Made by a program: the position numbers and the translations under genes. Under the pieces are notes generated by a model. That model had not been told where the DNA came from, ran no database searches, and saw nothing but the letters and a program-made list of their open reading frames with translations. From Eledone cirrhosa (taxonomy: Eukaryota): DNA of 64,000 nt. Location: positions 157,790,001-157,854,000 of the forward strand of contig OZ024742.1 of assembly GCA_964016885.1 (NCBI GenBank), written 5' to 3'. Shown in pieces: positions 39,071 to 55,496 of the stretch. How positions within the stretch are numbered: position 1 is the first letter of the stretch; every line of letters starts with the position of its first letter.

Positions 39071-39987
39071 TACAGCCAATTTTGAACTTCCAGATATAAG
39101 GTTTGACTCTCTTTGTTTATTTTTATATATGAATATTGATTGTTTCTTGTATCTCAAACTGTTATTTTGCCCGAGAAAATATCTGTGTGTCATCAAATTA
39201 TGTACACATATGGGTATTTTTTCAAATTCCAATTGAGTTCTAGCACGTGGTTTGAATTCTTTTTAGAATTCATTGTCCTGCGCATGTATTGTTTTTTTTG
39301 CGGTAATTCTCCTTCCTCTTCTTTTTGAGACAGTATGAGAATTACTTTAGAACTGCTGGGCTAGCAACCTAGCAGTTACCTCAAGCACTGATGGTGATTA
39401 TCGCTAAATATTGATGTTGATTTGACTATCAATATTAATGTTATTGGGCAGCCACTGAAGAATTATAAGAGCCCACTTGAATAAGTATCAGTTGATCTTA
39501 TACAAGCTTCTACATAAATTGGTATAATTTAACTTGTAGAAATCCTATAATGAAACGAGACGTCCGTCTGGGAAGAGATATATTTGATATATTTCATATG
39601 AAATAATACGGTCAATTATCCACACAATACAATTAGTTAGCACCCCGAACGTTTAATTAGGAATATACTCACTTATTTCCTGTTTGTTGAGTGAGTTGGG
39701 ATTTGGCCCGAGTATCGCTATTAGCTTTCTCCGTTCTCTCTCTCTCGTCTGCGACTTCACAAAACTTATGTTTACCGAGTTTATATTCATAGAAATCTGG
39801 GACTTGTCTCTTTCTTCTCACTTTCCGTTGCTTAAACCATTTTGTTTGTTCACCCTACGTCCCCTTTATTTACGTGTCCCAACGACTTTTTTTAGCCGTT
39901 GTTCGCACCAACCTGAGGTATATGGCCCTTAAAGCGATGAAATGCCTGGGACGGTTGGAGGGTCACTGATGAAGGACTTACTTTTTC

Positions 39988-40018
<31 letters not shown>

Positions 40019-40510
40019 TGTGAATATAGAAAAATGTGCAAACGTACCGAAGACGATAAGACGGTAGTCATTTCTTATTCTCCCCATTTGCTTGCCCTTT
40101 CCAGAAGAACGAAAAACCAGCACCCCTCTCCGATAGATGACCATCCCCATTAAAACGGCTTCCAGAGAAGAGACGGGGAGGGTGAGAGAGATGTAGCCCT
40201 GACAGAGGGTTTTCGGCTTTTCCACGTTCGGACCGTATATTTGTGGTTGTGTTCATTAAGCAGTTAATAAGACTATCAACAATTAACTAATACGTGCCAT
40301 CTAGGGTACATACATAAGGTACTTCATACTTTTTTTTTTATTGGAGAAGCAGGTATATTAATGTTGTATCAGCTCAATGCTTTGCCAACAAATGTAGTTC
40401 GGCGTTCAGAATTTGTGGATAATTGCCTGTCAAGATGTATTCTTATATTCCATGTGCCAACATTCAGTACAATGTTATTATTTTGAACATTTCTATTCAT
40501 TCATACATAC

Positions 40511-40551
<41 letters not shown>

Positions 40552-40755
40552 CAAATGGAAGTACAGCATATTCGAAGCCAGAGCCTCAGCTAAGCCGATA
40601 AATGCTTTCAGCAGTGCAGCCAAGCACTCGACAAGGTATAGGACCTCCGAGTAATAACATACAGTTGAAAGGGCTTTGCAAAATGAAGACAGCGACCGGT
40701 AATTCAGCCGGGCTCCGTAGCAACGAAAGAACTGACTCGTGAGAAAAAAATTCAT

Positions 40756-40830
<75 letters not shown>

Positions 40831-40968
40831 TATATATACATATAACAAACCTATATATATGCATATATATATATTTATATATATATATATAGAGAGAGAG
40901 AGATTTTGAAATATATATAGCAGTAATAAACGAAGCTAAATTTTAATCATTTGACTTTTATTTAACTT

Positions 40969-41028
<60 letters not shown>

Positions 41029-41098
41029 GTGTGTGTGTGTGTGTATGAGAGTCATTGTATAATTAATCTGTTTATTGTTTATATATATGTGTGCTTAC

Positions 41099-41345
41099 GC
41101 CCTGTATATTTTGTCAATAGAAACATAGCAATGCGGATAACGTAATGTGAACCGGTTAATTTAACCTGGCTGCTAATTGCAGATTAGTAAAGAACAAAAT
41201 GAGTTATGACCACAATCATCACACTTGTGATATGGTTGGTTCTGATAAGGTCTTCTGGAACGCATATCTGAGAATACTGTCCCCTCGACCCTCTCCGGAA
41301 TATATGGGTGAACATAAACGAGTCGAAAATATGATATAATCAGAC
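41099..41345 (-). pseudogene. Possible further decayed exon
   Basis: YFRLVYVHPYIPERVEGTVFSDMRSRRPYQNQPYHKCDDCGHNSFCSLLICN*QPG*INRFTLRYPHCYVSIDKIYR ending at donor GC|GTAAGC. Confidence 0.35.
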
Positions 41346-41609
41346 GTCATCACTCATCGCAATACACATTCTCCTAATTTTATATGAATTACTACTTTTT
41401 TATATATTGATACGGACCAATTCCTATATCAGCAGCCAATTAGTGAAGATCATTATGATCTCTGTTCTTGGAAAGATAAGATAAATCAAACCAGTTAACT
41501 TGATTCTGCATATGTTAAGATTCTTTACTAATTATTTGCACAAGAGAATAAAGTTGGTTATTTATCATTTGAGCGTTACTGGCTAACACCTCTTATCAAA
41601 GTATGGTCC

Positions 41610-42120
41610 ATATTGAGAACTGAAATGTTTATTCTGATTTCAAATCCCACAGTGGTTAACGCTACATGCTTCAATTTTTGATAAAATAAAGTACCGGTTG
41701 AATATTTCTGTAGATCTTCGTAGCCTCCCACTAATTGAATTGCTAGGCCTTGCCTAAATTAGAAATCATTATTATTCAAGAAATGACAGTTATCTCTTTG
41801 TTCTTTTTCTTTATGTTCTCATTCCAAAATTCCACCGAGAAAAGGATTTACATTTTTATCATTCCAGGTTTGATAAAATAAAGCACCAGTCAAGAACTGG
41901 AGTCAATATTATCTACTAACACAATACATAGGCCTATGTTACACAGGATTATTTCACAAATAGTAGAAGTATAGTAGTAGGATATATTTTTTTAGAGAAC
42001 ACTTCGTTTTTATTTCAAATACAGCCGTTGCTGACGGAATCTTTCATTCAGCAGGAATGATAAATATGCACCAATAGCACACTAGATTTATTTCAATCGA
42101 TTATATCCCACTCTTCTAAT
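41610..42120 (+). mobile_element. Cluster of old, degenerate SINE copies
   Basis: Repeated TTCAAATCCCAC, GATAAAATAAAG(T/C)ACC and CCTTGCCTAAATTAGAAA motifs of the SINE. Confidence 0.55.
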
Positions 42121-43849
42121 TTCAGATTCGTGTTAAGCTGATGAATAGTTTTTGTTGTTTCTGTGTAAAACCTTAAACTGTGATCAACTATAATTTAACA
42201 AGTATATTTCAGTCATGAAAATCAGATGTTTAGTCGTATATATATCTTCTCGATTTAATGTGCTCCATGTTTAAGAAGGTTTAACTAAATAAACCAATGT
42301 GTTTCCCTTGATTGCATAAGGCAGTTTATTACGTAGTTTTATCTAGATGTTCAACTGCAACAGATAGCAGCTAACATTTTCTAGAAATAAAAAGAAATAT
42401 TATACAATATGCTTTCACATGCATATACTGTATGCGAAAATTTAAGAGGATGGTCACAGTTGTGGTTTGAAAGAGAATAAACTAGTCATTTCATATTATA
42501 TTTATTCGATACTGCTACAATGGTTTTGACCATACATCTACTTGGAGAAGGCTAACAACAACAAAAACAACAACAATCGCAACAATGAGGACGCTGACAT
42601 CTTGCATTTGCTACCTTATACAAGTTTTAGAAAGCAATGTGTAATTAAACTATTGCTATTGCTTTTAGGGTTGATCTCCTCTGGACCGCCACCCTCCCGA
42701 GCAAGATGGTTGGCTGACATCCATGTGTTCGTCTGGTCTCGCTTGAGGATCTAGCCTAATTAGATGGAAACGGTGCTTCTTACAAAACCCGCTGGAAGGC
42801 GTGTGTGAGGGCCTTTCCCCAACGAACCTCCCAGGAAAGAGTGGGCGGAGACATTGCTTTTATTCTTTTAAAATAATTATTTGTATTTGTTATTCTTCAT
42901 GTGATCTAAATATATAATGTTATAAACGATCTGTACATGAGGAGTTGCCGTTACATATGTTTTCTGACATTATTTATATACTGCCAGAAGAGATGACATT
43001 ATAAATATGGATTCTATGTAATTTTTCAAACCTGCAAAAAATACCTGTGAAGTCCCCATAAAACCAAATTGAAGGGCAAATTGGATAGCCTGGTGAAACG
43101 ATCAAAGGGTATATTAACAATTGTAATATACTATGAGAATGAATTGATTATAATGATTTATTAATAATATTATAATATTATTAATTTATTAATAATATTA
43201 TAATGATTTATTAAAGCGAATGATTTCAGGCTAAGCAATGACGAAAACATTGGGTAAAACAAATACATTAACACCCTAATGAACATCAGTATATATGTTC
43301 GGTTTTGTATGCTCTGCATTCAACTACACCCTCTAATTATTTGATATATCCATTAACTCACTACTAACGAAGTAAACCCCATGTTGCCGCTTGACCACCA
43401 AACTATATATCATATAGTCTCAGAAAAGCACACATGTCTTAATATTGTCACCGTATAAACTACCTAATAAACTACCTAATAAAAATATTCTCATGATGGA
43501 ATATATTTCACCATAGATCTTCGTGATCAAGGCTGCCTTGTGACTGAACATCAACGGCTAGAGATGGAGCATTAATATGGTCTCTTGACTAGGTACAGAT
43601 ATCCTACAAGTAATAGAGAAAAAACCCAATAGATTCAACATTAACGACTGAAACACTTCTGTTTAATTCAGGAAAAGTGAGAGTACAAATACCATGGTTT
43701 AAAGATAGAGTGAGGAAAAGCAAAATCAACATAAATAGATATAATTTGAATTACAATTGTGATCCTGTTATGAAGTTGAGCATAACTAGATTAATGTCTT
43801 AGCTGTGCTGCTAATGTTGCACTTATTACAACCATTGATGTTGTTGATG

Positions 43850-45300
43850 AGGTTTGTTATGCTAGTCTTGAGGTGCTGATGGTGGATAACACCGTCATGG
43901 TGATGGTATAGTTGGTGATATGATGATGGTGGTGGTAATGGGGCTGATGCTTGGGTTTGTAGTATTTAGCGGTAGTGAAATATGGTGTAGACTATGATGA
44001 CGGCAATTATGTTGGGATTGCGGGTATAAATTCGTGTCATTTCTATTAGTAATCAAATATATACGATGATGTGTTTAATTATAATGGCGCCGGTGAGGAT
44101 TGTGAAATTAGAAGTTGGTGAGGGTATCGGCGGTGGAGGTGTGGAATTGGTGATAAGGTTAGTGGTGACTTGGATAGTTAATGTGGATATAGTTGCTGGT
44201 GTGGAAATTGATAATGCTGGCAAAATTGGAAGAGCACATAGTGGTTGCCGTAGTGGCAGCTAAGTGGATGGTGCTGTTTCTGCTGTTGATGTGGAGCCGG
44301 TTGTGGCGATTGTATTGCTAGAAGAATTGGTGGAGTAGGTTATGGTGGCGCATAAGGCGACAATGGGAATTGCGTTGTTGTTTATGCTGCTGTTTTTGAG
44401 AGTTTTATTTTTTTTTTGTTCTCATTTTACTAGTTGTTTTTATTACTGTTTTTCATAGATTTATTGTTTATTTTGCTCTTATAGTTCTTGTTTATGTTTT
44501 GTTGGTGTTGATGGAGGTGGTGCTGTATGTGGGTGTAGGAAATGTGAGTGAATATGATAATTGTGGTGAAGTTGAAGCTGATGGCGTCTGTTGTAGTTAT
44601 AATAATATCAATAAGGCAGTGTGGCAATAAAGATAAACAGTGTGATTATGGTGATAATAATGGATAGGGGAAACTTGGTGATAGCATTGTAAGAGAGATT
44701 ATAGAAGCAAATGACGATGGCGATGGTTTTAATGATGGTGATGATGATTGTTATGATGGTTATGTTGAAGATGACGGTTGTTGTGTTGGTTAAGCTGTCG
44801 ATGATGGTAGTTATCATGCTTATGTTAATGGTGATTGTGATTATGATGGTTATTATGGACATTATGGTTATGCTGGTGATCATAATTGTTATAATGGTGA
44901 GCATGATGTTTATGATAATGATGATGATGCTGGTGTTGGTTCTGCTGATGATGATGTTTATGTTGGTTATGATGGCTATGTTGGAGATGAGGATGTTGGT
45001 GATGAGGGTGGTACTATTTAGGATAATTATGATGGATGTGATGTTGATCATGAGGGTGATGATGACGGTGACGAGATGATGATGAAGATGATGACGATGA
45101 TGATGCTGAAAATGTTGATGGTGGTGAAGACAAACACGATGAATGCGGAGATGAGGACGAAGATGAGAAATTCACCATCACAACAACATTCACCATTACT
45201 GGTGTTATCTCTGCTGCTGGTATTGTTATTTTCCTTATTATTTTTGTTACTATTGTTTTTGTTGTGCTTGCTGTTATCTGATTTATCGGCTTTGTTATCG
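43850..45300. repeat. Long degenerate (ATG/GTG/TTG)n low-complexity tract
   Basis: Direct reading. Confidence 0.85.
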
Positions 45301-45489
45301 ACCTAGCCATGCAATCAATTACTACTTTATCCTAGCAAAATCCAATAATCTGATAATCCGGCTGTAAAACCGCCAGTAATTTTGTTTGTCTGATAGATGT
45401 CACAGTTTTAAGACGTTGTAGTTAATCCGGGAAGAAAACGTATAGCGTCAACATCAATTCTTCAAATCTGTCATCCGCAACAAACTACC

Positions 45490-45725
45490 ACACAGTAACT
45501 CCACCACCGTCACCTATACAAAACGGTTCCGTCTGTAACATACACGCACTCCACAACCATTAACTATACAAAACGGTCCCACAGTAACATACAATCACTC
45601 CACCACCGTTACCTACTCAAAACAGACTCAACAGTAACATACAAACACACCACCACCATTACATTTACAAAACGGACTCAACAGTAAAATACAAACACTC
45701 CACCACCATTAACTTTACAAAAGCG
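45490..45725. repeat. Minisatellite, ~50-bp unit, about 4.5 copies
   Basis: Unit resembles ACAGTAACATACAAACACTCCACCACCATTACCTATACAAAACGGACTCA. Confidence 0.85.
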
Positions 45726-45857
45726 TCCGGATAATAATACAAAACACCTACAATATACAATATAATACCATAGGCTCGCTGTAGTTATGAGTGAAATGGT
45801 TCTAGATATCGGTCTACTCAGCACTAAACATTATAGATATCTACACCTTTTCAACGC

Positions 45858-45869
45858 TACTACAGCTAT

Positions 45870-45935
<66 letters not shown>

Positions 45936-46045
45936 ATCTGCTGCTACTACTGCTATTGCTGCTTTTGCTACTGCTGATGTTACTACTTGTACCATTACTA
46001 CTAATATTACTACTACTACTACTGCTACTATTACCGCTACTACTA
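45858..46045. repeat. (ACT)n microsatellite
   Basis: Direct reading. Confidence 0.9.
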
Positions 46046-46110
46046 AAACGACCCTAAACTCTTCACACCACCGCCACGGTCACAGTTGGAATTTTCCACG
46101 CTAACCTTAC

Positions 46111-46176
46111 CTTTTCCGTGTCATAAGTTGAGATACAGCAGTAAGCTGTAAAATATCTCTCAAAGTTCATGGTCAT
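46111..46176 (-). CDS. Candidate coding exon MTMNFERYFTAYCCISTYDTEK, phase-0 donor
   Basis: ATG at 46176; strong donor AAG|GTAAGG at 46110; CpG-containing sequence upstream. Confidence 0.4.
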
Positions 46177-46194
46177 CGGCCCTTGAGATGGACT

Positions 46195-46330
46195 TGAGCA
46201 CGTTCGACGCCTACCGGCGTCTGATATAAGCCAATCGCTGCCCAAAGGAGCACGAGACGGAAGAAAAAAAACGTCAATTTATAGCCGCTAAGCTACATAA
46301 CACATAAAATGTTGTATGACGTCAGGTAAA
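46195..46330. promoter_or_regulatory. Possible promoter (CCAAT box, CRE)
   Basis: AGCCAATC at ~46229-46236, TGACGTCA at 46317-46324, local CpG enrichment in an AT-rich window. Confidence 0.3.
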
Positions 46331-47187
46331 ACATCTGGTGCCTCTCCTACGATTTTTTTGTCTGTCTACTTCGTTACAGGTGGTTATTATCGATAGTTGC
46401 TATCAATATTGATATTGTATAATTTGTCATATCTGTTAATTGTAGTGTGATTGTAATTTGTTCTCCATTATATCCAAAGATATATTGACTTTTATATTGT
46501 TAATGTGGAAAATCTGTAGATATTTTTTTTAATTTTCCAGAGTATCCCTAATTCTACTCGCTTATAAAACACTAGCTCCCTCTATCTACCCAATTTTAGG
46601 TGATTTCCATGCATATCTTAAACAATTCAGTTATAATTCTGTATTTTCAACATTTCATGATGCTCTAAATAAAATAGTCATTAAAAGTTTGTTTTATAAG
46701 ATGGTATGGGGGAGATTTTATCTATGATTTCCATGGTGCACTCTACCGCTTTTAGAAAATATTCAAGAGGAAGACGGGCCTATAACTGAGCTTCTACATG
46801 TTCTGTTGATTTGCTAAATATGTCAATCAAATATCATTGAAATCATACTCTTCAATTCTTCATATAGGGAGGACATATTTAATGATTTAATTGTGGATCA
46901 AATTTCTGAAAATTGTGAACGTTATGGCTTCAACGATTTGATTATAACTCAATCATAAAATTCTAGATTTAAACAACAACTAAGAGTTCAACAATCATGC
47001 ATCATCCTATATTATTATCCTAGCAAATGTCAATATTTAACACCGGGTGATCCCTAACTGCCAGTCCAGGGAGCAAATAGTTCTCTAACAGACACCTCTC
47101 GTCTTATACATGGAATATAATGTAGAACTATATGGACGGGTGTCATGCGTGACATCGATGTGCTGTCATTACTTACAGAATGAACAA

Positions 47188-47376
47188 GGGGCGGTGGATT
47201 GGCAGTATTGGTAGAGGGTCGGACGCCATGCTTTGACGTATGGAGTTACGGCCCTTGCCATTCTGAGTTCAAATCCCGCCGAGGTTAACTTTGCCTTTTA
47301 ATCCTTACGGGGTCGATAAAATAAAGTACCAGTAATGCACTGGGTAATTGCTGGCCTTGTGCCTAACGTAGAAACA
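47188..47376 (+). mobile_element. tRNA-derived SINE, full length, perfect 20-bp TSD
   Basis: A box TGGCAGTATTGG, B box GAGTTCAAATCC; TSD ATTACTTACAGAATGAACAA at 47168-47187 and 47377-47396. Confidence 0.95.
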
Positions 47377-47799
47377 ATTACTTACAGAATGAACAATCAG
47401 TTTCGCGTTGCCTCATTAGTACATGTTTTCCACATCGTGTAGAATGTAAATATATTATCTTAATCATAATATACATATAGTTAAATTATTTTATGCTTGA
47501 AGTCATATATATAGTAGATATATATATATATATATAATATTACATAATATAACATATAGAGATATAGATATATATGCAAAAAGTAAATGTAAAAGGATAA
47601 ACCAATCAGTGCTATAGTACAATATATATTAGTTTAACAGTTGATATAGTAGGGAAAATATCTTCATATTTCGGATTAATACATTCACCACAAGATAGAA
47701 ATAGAAGATGAAATAGAAAGATAGTGGAGAGTGGAAAGTGGAAGCAGGGAAACATTTTTTGAGAAAAATCACGTGTGTATTCAGTCAACCATATGCATG

Positions 47800-47831
<32 letters not shown>

Positions 47832-47845
47832 GTTTTAATATAGAT

Positions 47846-47897
47846 GAAATTCTACAGGACTAGAGCTGTTTCATTCTATAGAAATCATCAGGAATCT
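47846..47897 (-). ncRNA. Type I hammerhead in a solo PLE-like terminus (47832-48325)
   Basis: Minus strand: AGATTC-CTGATGA-TTTCTATAGAAT-GAAA-CAG-CTCTAGTC-CTG-TA-GAATTT; ~22 nt tail, then (TA)n. Confidence 0.72.
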
Positions 47898-48386
47898 GGG
47901 TATCAAAAAATAAATATGGTATTTATAGGCCTCTTCAGGTGGTAGGAGAGGGTAGGGAGGGGATGGGTAGAGATCATTGGTTGATAGAAAAGGGAATTCA
48001 TTAAAAGCTAATTATTTAAAGCTATAATTTATATTTAGAGTAACAAAGGCAGAAATAATTCTATAAACAAGTTCAGAATGGCGTTCCACTACTTATTTTT
48101 AAGTTTCTCTTAAGCTAACAATGCCTATATTTCACGTGTTTATAAGGTCGTTGGGGGTCAGTCATGGTTGTTGGATTTAAAGTAAAGGGGAATTCTTTAA
48201 AAGCTAATTCTTTAAGGTTCTACTTAGATTGACAAAAGCCTGGAGAATTCTATAGACCAGTTCAAAGTATTGAGTGCCTATCATACCATTTTCTTCAAGT
48301 TTCTCTTAAGCTATATTTCAAATGTCAACAAACACATTCACAAACACACACACACACGCGCAGCCACACACACACACATACATATA

Positions 48387-51045
<2,659 letters not shown>

Positions 51046-51049
51046 GTAC

Positions 51050-51105
<56 letters not shown>

Positions 51106-51123
51106 TACACATATACACACACA

Positions 51124-51207
<84 letters not shown>

Positions 51208-51297
51208 TATATACACACATATATATATATACACACACATTCACACATACATACACATATATATACATATATATATACACATATACATATATATACA

Positions 51298-51355
<58 letters not shown>

Positions 51356-51444
51356 ACAATAAATATATACATACACACACATATGTATATATATATAGAC
51401 ATATATATATATATGTATGTATATACATACACACACATACACAC

Positions 51445-51485
<41 letters not shown>

Positions 51486-51542
51486 TATACATGCATATAT
51501 ATATATATATACACACACATACACACATACATAATATACACG

Positions 51543-51598
<56 letters not shown>

Positions 51599-51731
51599 CA
51601 TATACATACATATATATACACACATACACACATACATACATATACATACATACACATACATATATATATATATACACACACATATATATATATATATACG
51701 TACATACACATATACACGTATGCATATATAC

Positions 51732-51787
<56 letters not shown>

Positions 51788-51789
51788 AA

Positions 51790-51836
<47 letters not shown>

Positions 51837-51898
51837 CATACACAGACATGCACACATACATACATTACATATACACTTACATACACATATAAATATAA

Positions 51899-51949
<51 letters not shown>

Positions 51950-52018
51950 CATACACATATAAATATAAATATATATATATACATAAATATATATATATAT
52001 ATATACACATACATACAC

Positions 52019-52066
<48 letters not shown>

Positions 52067-52320
52067 GTATATATATATATATACATATGTATATACACAC
52101 ATATACACACATATATATATATACATATATATACATACACATACACATATATACATATACACACATAGACACATACATATGTATACACATATACACACAC
52201 TCATGCACACACACATACATATACATATAAATACATACATATACACACACACACATACATATATACATATATACATACACATACATACACACACATACAT
52301 ATATATTAAATATATACATA
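51050..52320. repeat. 1.3-kb compound (TA)n/(CA)n microsatellite
   Basis: Direct reading; a similar tract lies at 54047-54540. Confidence 0.95.
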
Positions 52321-52321
52321 A

Positions 52322-52495
52322 TGAAGGAAATGTGGTAAGGAACCAGGTGGACCATAACGCACCAAAGTACTCAATACTTAGGGTAGTAGAGTGGGTAATA
52401 GGAACAAGTAAGACCCCGACGGCTGAGCTCAAGCCGTTTCGACGGCTAATTCTGGTCCAGAATTAGCCGTCGAAACGGCTTGAGCTCAGCCGGAG
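52322..52495. mobile_element. Family F1 terminus folded back within hammerhead stem II
   Basis: cggctgagctcaagccgtttcgacggctaattctgg-t-ccagaattagccgtcgaaacggcttgagctcagccg is a palindrome centred at ~52456. Confidence 0.85.
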
Positions 52496-52534
52496 CCCTC
52501 TTTGGATTTTAGTCTTCAATTTTATTATTATTAC

Positions 52535-52601
<67 letters not shown>

Positions 52602-52605
<4 letters not shown>

Positions 52606-54046
52606 CGTTTCTGAATTTGTTTAGCAAGATTCTTTATCTGAAATCGTGTGTTGAAACCGATATTGTTATACTTTGGGGGGGTCATGTTGCCAATAAGAAA
52701 CACACGCACCAGTTGCTTTCACTTCAATTTATTATATATTTATAAATTTACAAATTTACAAATTTCTGGTTGGTTGGTTGGTTCCACAACCAGATAGTTG
52801 TTTATATATAGTCATAGTCCTTTCGTCACACACTCTGTGACCTCTTCAGCGACTGGGGATTCCTTTCTTCGTTTCTGTGCCTTTCCTTTCTTCTATCCTA
52901 CGCCATTTTGTTTCTGTGTGTGTGTTGTGTGCTCAGTTTGCGCATGCGCCACATCCGGGTGTCTGTGTGTGTTTGTGTTCATTTATCTATTTGTTTATTT
53001 ATTTATTTATTTATTTATTGTTGGTTGGTTGTTTGTTCTATGTGTGTGTGTGTTTTCATTTTGTCCCGTGTGTGTTTTCATTTTGTCCTTAATTGTAAGT
53101 TGTGATGTTGCTGTTCCACTCATATTTTCTATTTAATTTTGGTTTTAATTCTTTTATGCTTACTGCCTCTGTAATTTGCCTAAACATTGCGTCTTTTCTG
53201 TGTGTGGATTCTATTTTTATTTCTATGCTCTCTAATCTACCCTTGTGTTCTATCTTAGCATGTTGGTAGAGCACAGATGATTCTTTATTATCTTGGAGGT
53301 CTCGCCAGTGTTCATTTATTCGTTCCCCTATACTACGAGCTGTCTCACCTATGTACACTATATTTTTGTTTCTACATTGTCCTTCAGTACATCTTATGCT
53401 ATACACTACATTTCTAGTTTTACAGTTAATATGGGGGCTTATTTTACAGGTTATACATTTCTTATCTATACATGAGGGTCTTTGGAACGGGTATGTCTTG
53501 CTAATAAGTGTTTTTACGGAGGTACCGGGTCTTTCTACTATCTTAATATTGAGATTATGTTTATTTAGGAACCTTCTAAATTTGTAGGCTAGTTCGCCTC
53601 TAGGGGTTGTATTGATGAACATTACACTCTGGTATTTATTGCTATCATACCATGAGTTTATTCTATTGGCCTTGTTCCTAGTTCTTTCTATTCTATTCCA
53701 AAATTTGCTCCTATACAAGGGGCAGGTCCCATTTATGTCATTATTTACCATTTTTTCCCATTTGGTTCTGGCTCCTTTATACACTCTGATTATATCTCTC
53801 TGATTGTAGCCAGAGAACTGCATACGGTGGATGAAGTGTTGTATGTGTCTCTCTAGTTCTTCGGGGTTGCACATGCGGGACACATTTCTCATCACCCGTA
53901 CCAAATCCGCAATCAGTATGTTGATTTTGGTATGGTCCGAAATGGCCGAGTTTCGGTGGATCAGATGTTTGGAAGTCATGGGTTTGGCATAATGGGAATG
54001 GAGGATTTGTTTTAACGGTCTATTCTCCGATTTTTTACTTTCCCAC
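52602..54046 (-). mobile_element. Penelope-like element, 5'-truncated, uninterrupted ~318-codon C-terminal ORF and family F2 3' end
   Basis: [16 protein letters not shown]; SVMFI.TTP.GEL; KIVERPG; CKTRNVVYSIRC..YIGETARS..ER..EH..RQITEAV.I..LN (GIY-YIG); hammerhead at 52810-52854. Confidence 0.93.
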
Positions 54047-54099
<53 letters not shown>

Positions 54100-54140
54100 T
54101 ACATATATAGACACATACATACATATACACACAGATATAC

Positions 54141-54237
<97 letters not shown>

Positions 54238-54424
54238 TATATGTATATATATATAGATATATAGATATATATATATATATATATATACACACATGCATAC
54301 GTATACATATACACACATATATACACACACATACATACATACATACACATGTACACACATAAATATATATACTCACATATATACACACACATACACACAC
54401 ACATACATATATATATACATATAC

Positions 54425-54503
<79 letters not shown>

Positions 54504-54629
54504 CATACATATACACACATATACATATATATACATATATAAAAATAACTACTCATAACTATACGCATATACACAGGCACATAAAAACTGCTCTACAGGC
54601 AGAAAATGCATATAGGTAAGAGGTACTCA

Positions 54630-54985
54630 CATAACCATAGTGGTCGTATCTCAGGAAGCGAATGTGGCGTTTGTCGGATAATTCTTGGAACCAGGATATT
54701 GCCTCAGATGTTCTGCTCCAGAGTGGGAGTGGTGAGACAACCCGCAATGATGTTAGAACTATCTAGGATCTTCTTACTGATAGAGCCGTTGTCTGAACGA
54801 GTGGGGTTAATAAGTCTGACTGATGGTTTGTTGAGGAAGTTTTCCTTATGGTCCTTCATGGTAAAGTGCGGGGTCTTTACCCTTAAAGATTTAGGTCATG
54901 TAGTTTTAGGGACTTGGCGATTTCTTTCCGGCGGCGTTTGTCTCAGTCAATGCCATCTCGATTACCTTTTTGTAGGTGGTCGTGA
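54630..54985 (-). mobile_element. PLE RT N-terminal fragment
   Basis: PHFTMKDHKENFLNKPSVRLINPTRSDNGSISKKILD..LW..TSEAISWF..FLRYD, homologous to 28470-28710. Confidence 0.8.
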
Positions 54986-55004
54986 TGGCATATATATATA
55001 TATA

Positions 55005-55117
55005 ACGAAGGAAACGTGGTTAGGAACCAGATGGTCCATAGCGCACCAAAGTACTCAATACTTAGGGTAGTAGAGTGGGTAATAGGAATAAGTAGGACCC
55101 CAGGGGTCCTACTTGTT

Positions 55118-55119
<2 letters not shown>
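55005..55119. mobile_element. Family F1 long end joined head-to-head to short end at the predicted cleavage site
   Basis: aggaataagtaggacccc-a-ggggtcctacttgttcct then (AT)n; left part matches 52322-52417. Confidence 0.85.
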
Positions 55120-55156
<37 letters not shown>

Positions 55157-55162
<6 letters not shown>

Positions 55163-55496
55163 ATACTTTGGGAGGGTCATGTTGCCAATAAGAAACACAC
55201 GCAGCAGTTGCTTTCACTTCAATTTATTATAATAAACTTATAAATTCAGGAATTTATAAATTTCCGGTTGGTTGGTTCCACAACCAGATGGTTGTTAATA
55301 TATTGTCAAAGTTCTTTCGTCACACATTCTGTGACCTCTTCAGTGACTGGGGATTATTTTCTTTGTTTGTTGTGCCTCTCCTTTGTTCTCTCCTACGCCA
55401 TCTTGTTTTTGTGTGTTGTGTGCAAAGTATAACAATATCGGTTTCAACACACGATTTCAGATAAAGAATCTTGCTAAACAAATTCAGAAACGAAAT
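55157..55496 (-). mobile_element. Family F2 with short end on the main copy and inverted long end
   Basis: Starts at ATTGTTATACTTTG; hammerhead at 55304-55348; 55423-55496 is the reverse complement of 31029-31102. Confidence 0.88.

Noticed and set aside
42670-42860. GC-richer patch resembling a LINE 3' end
   Set aside because: Too short, with no diagnostic motif.
44608-45310. Met-, Ile- or Thr-rich ORFs (also 8449-8646 and 45787-46104)
   Set aside because: Degenerate trinucleotide repeats with no coding signature.
46111-46176. P2X receptor N-terminus (YxTxK motif)
   Set aside because: Only a five-residue resemblance; no following transmembrane exon found.
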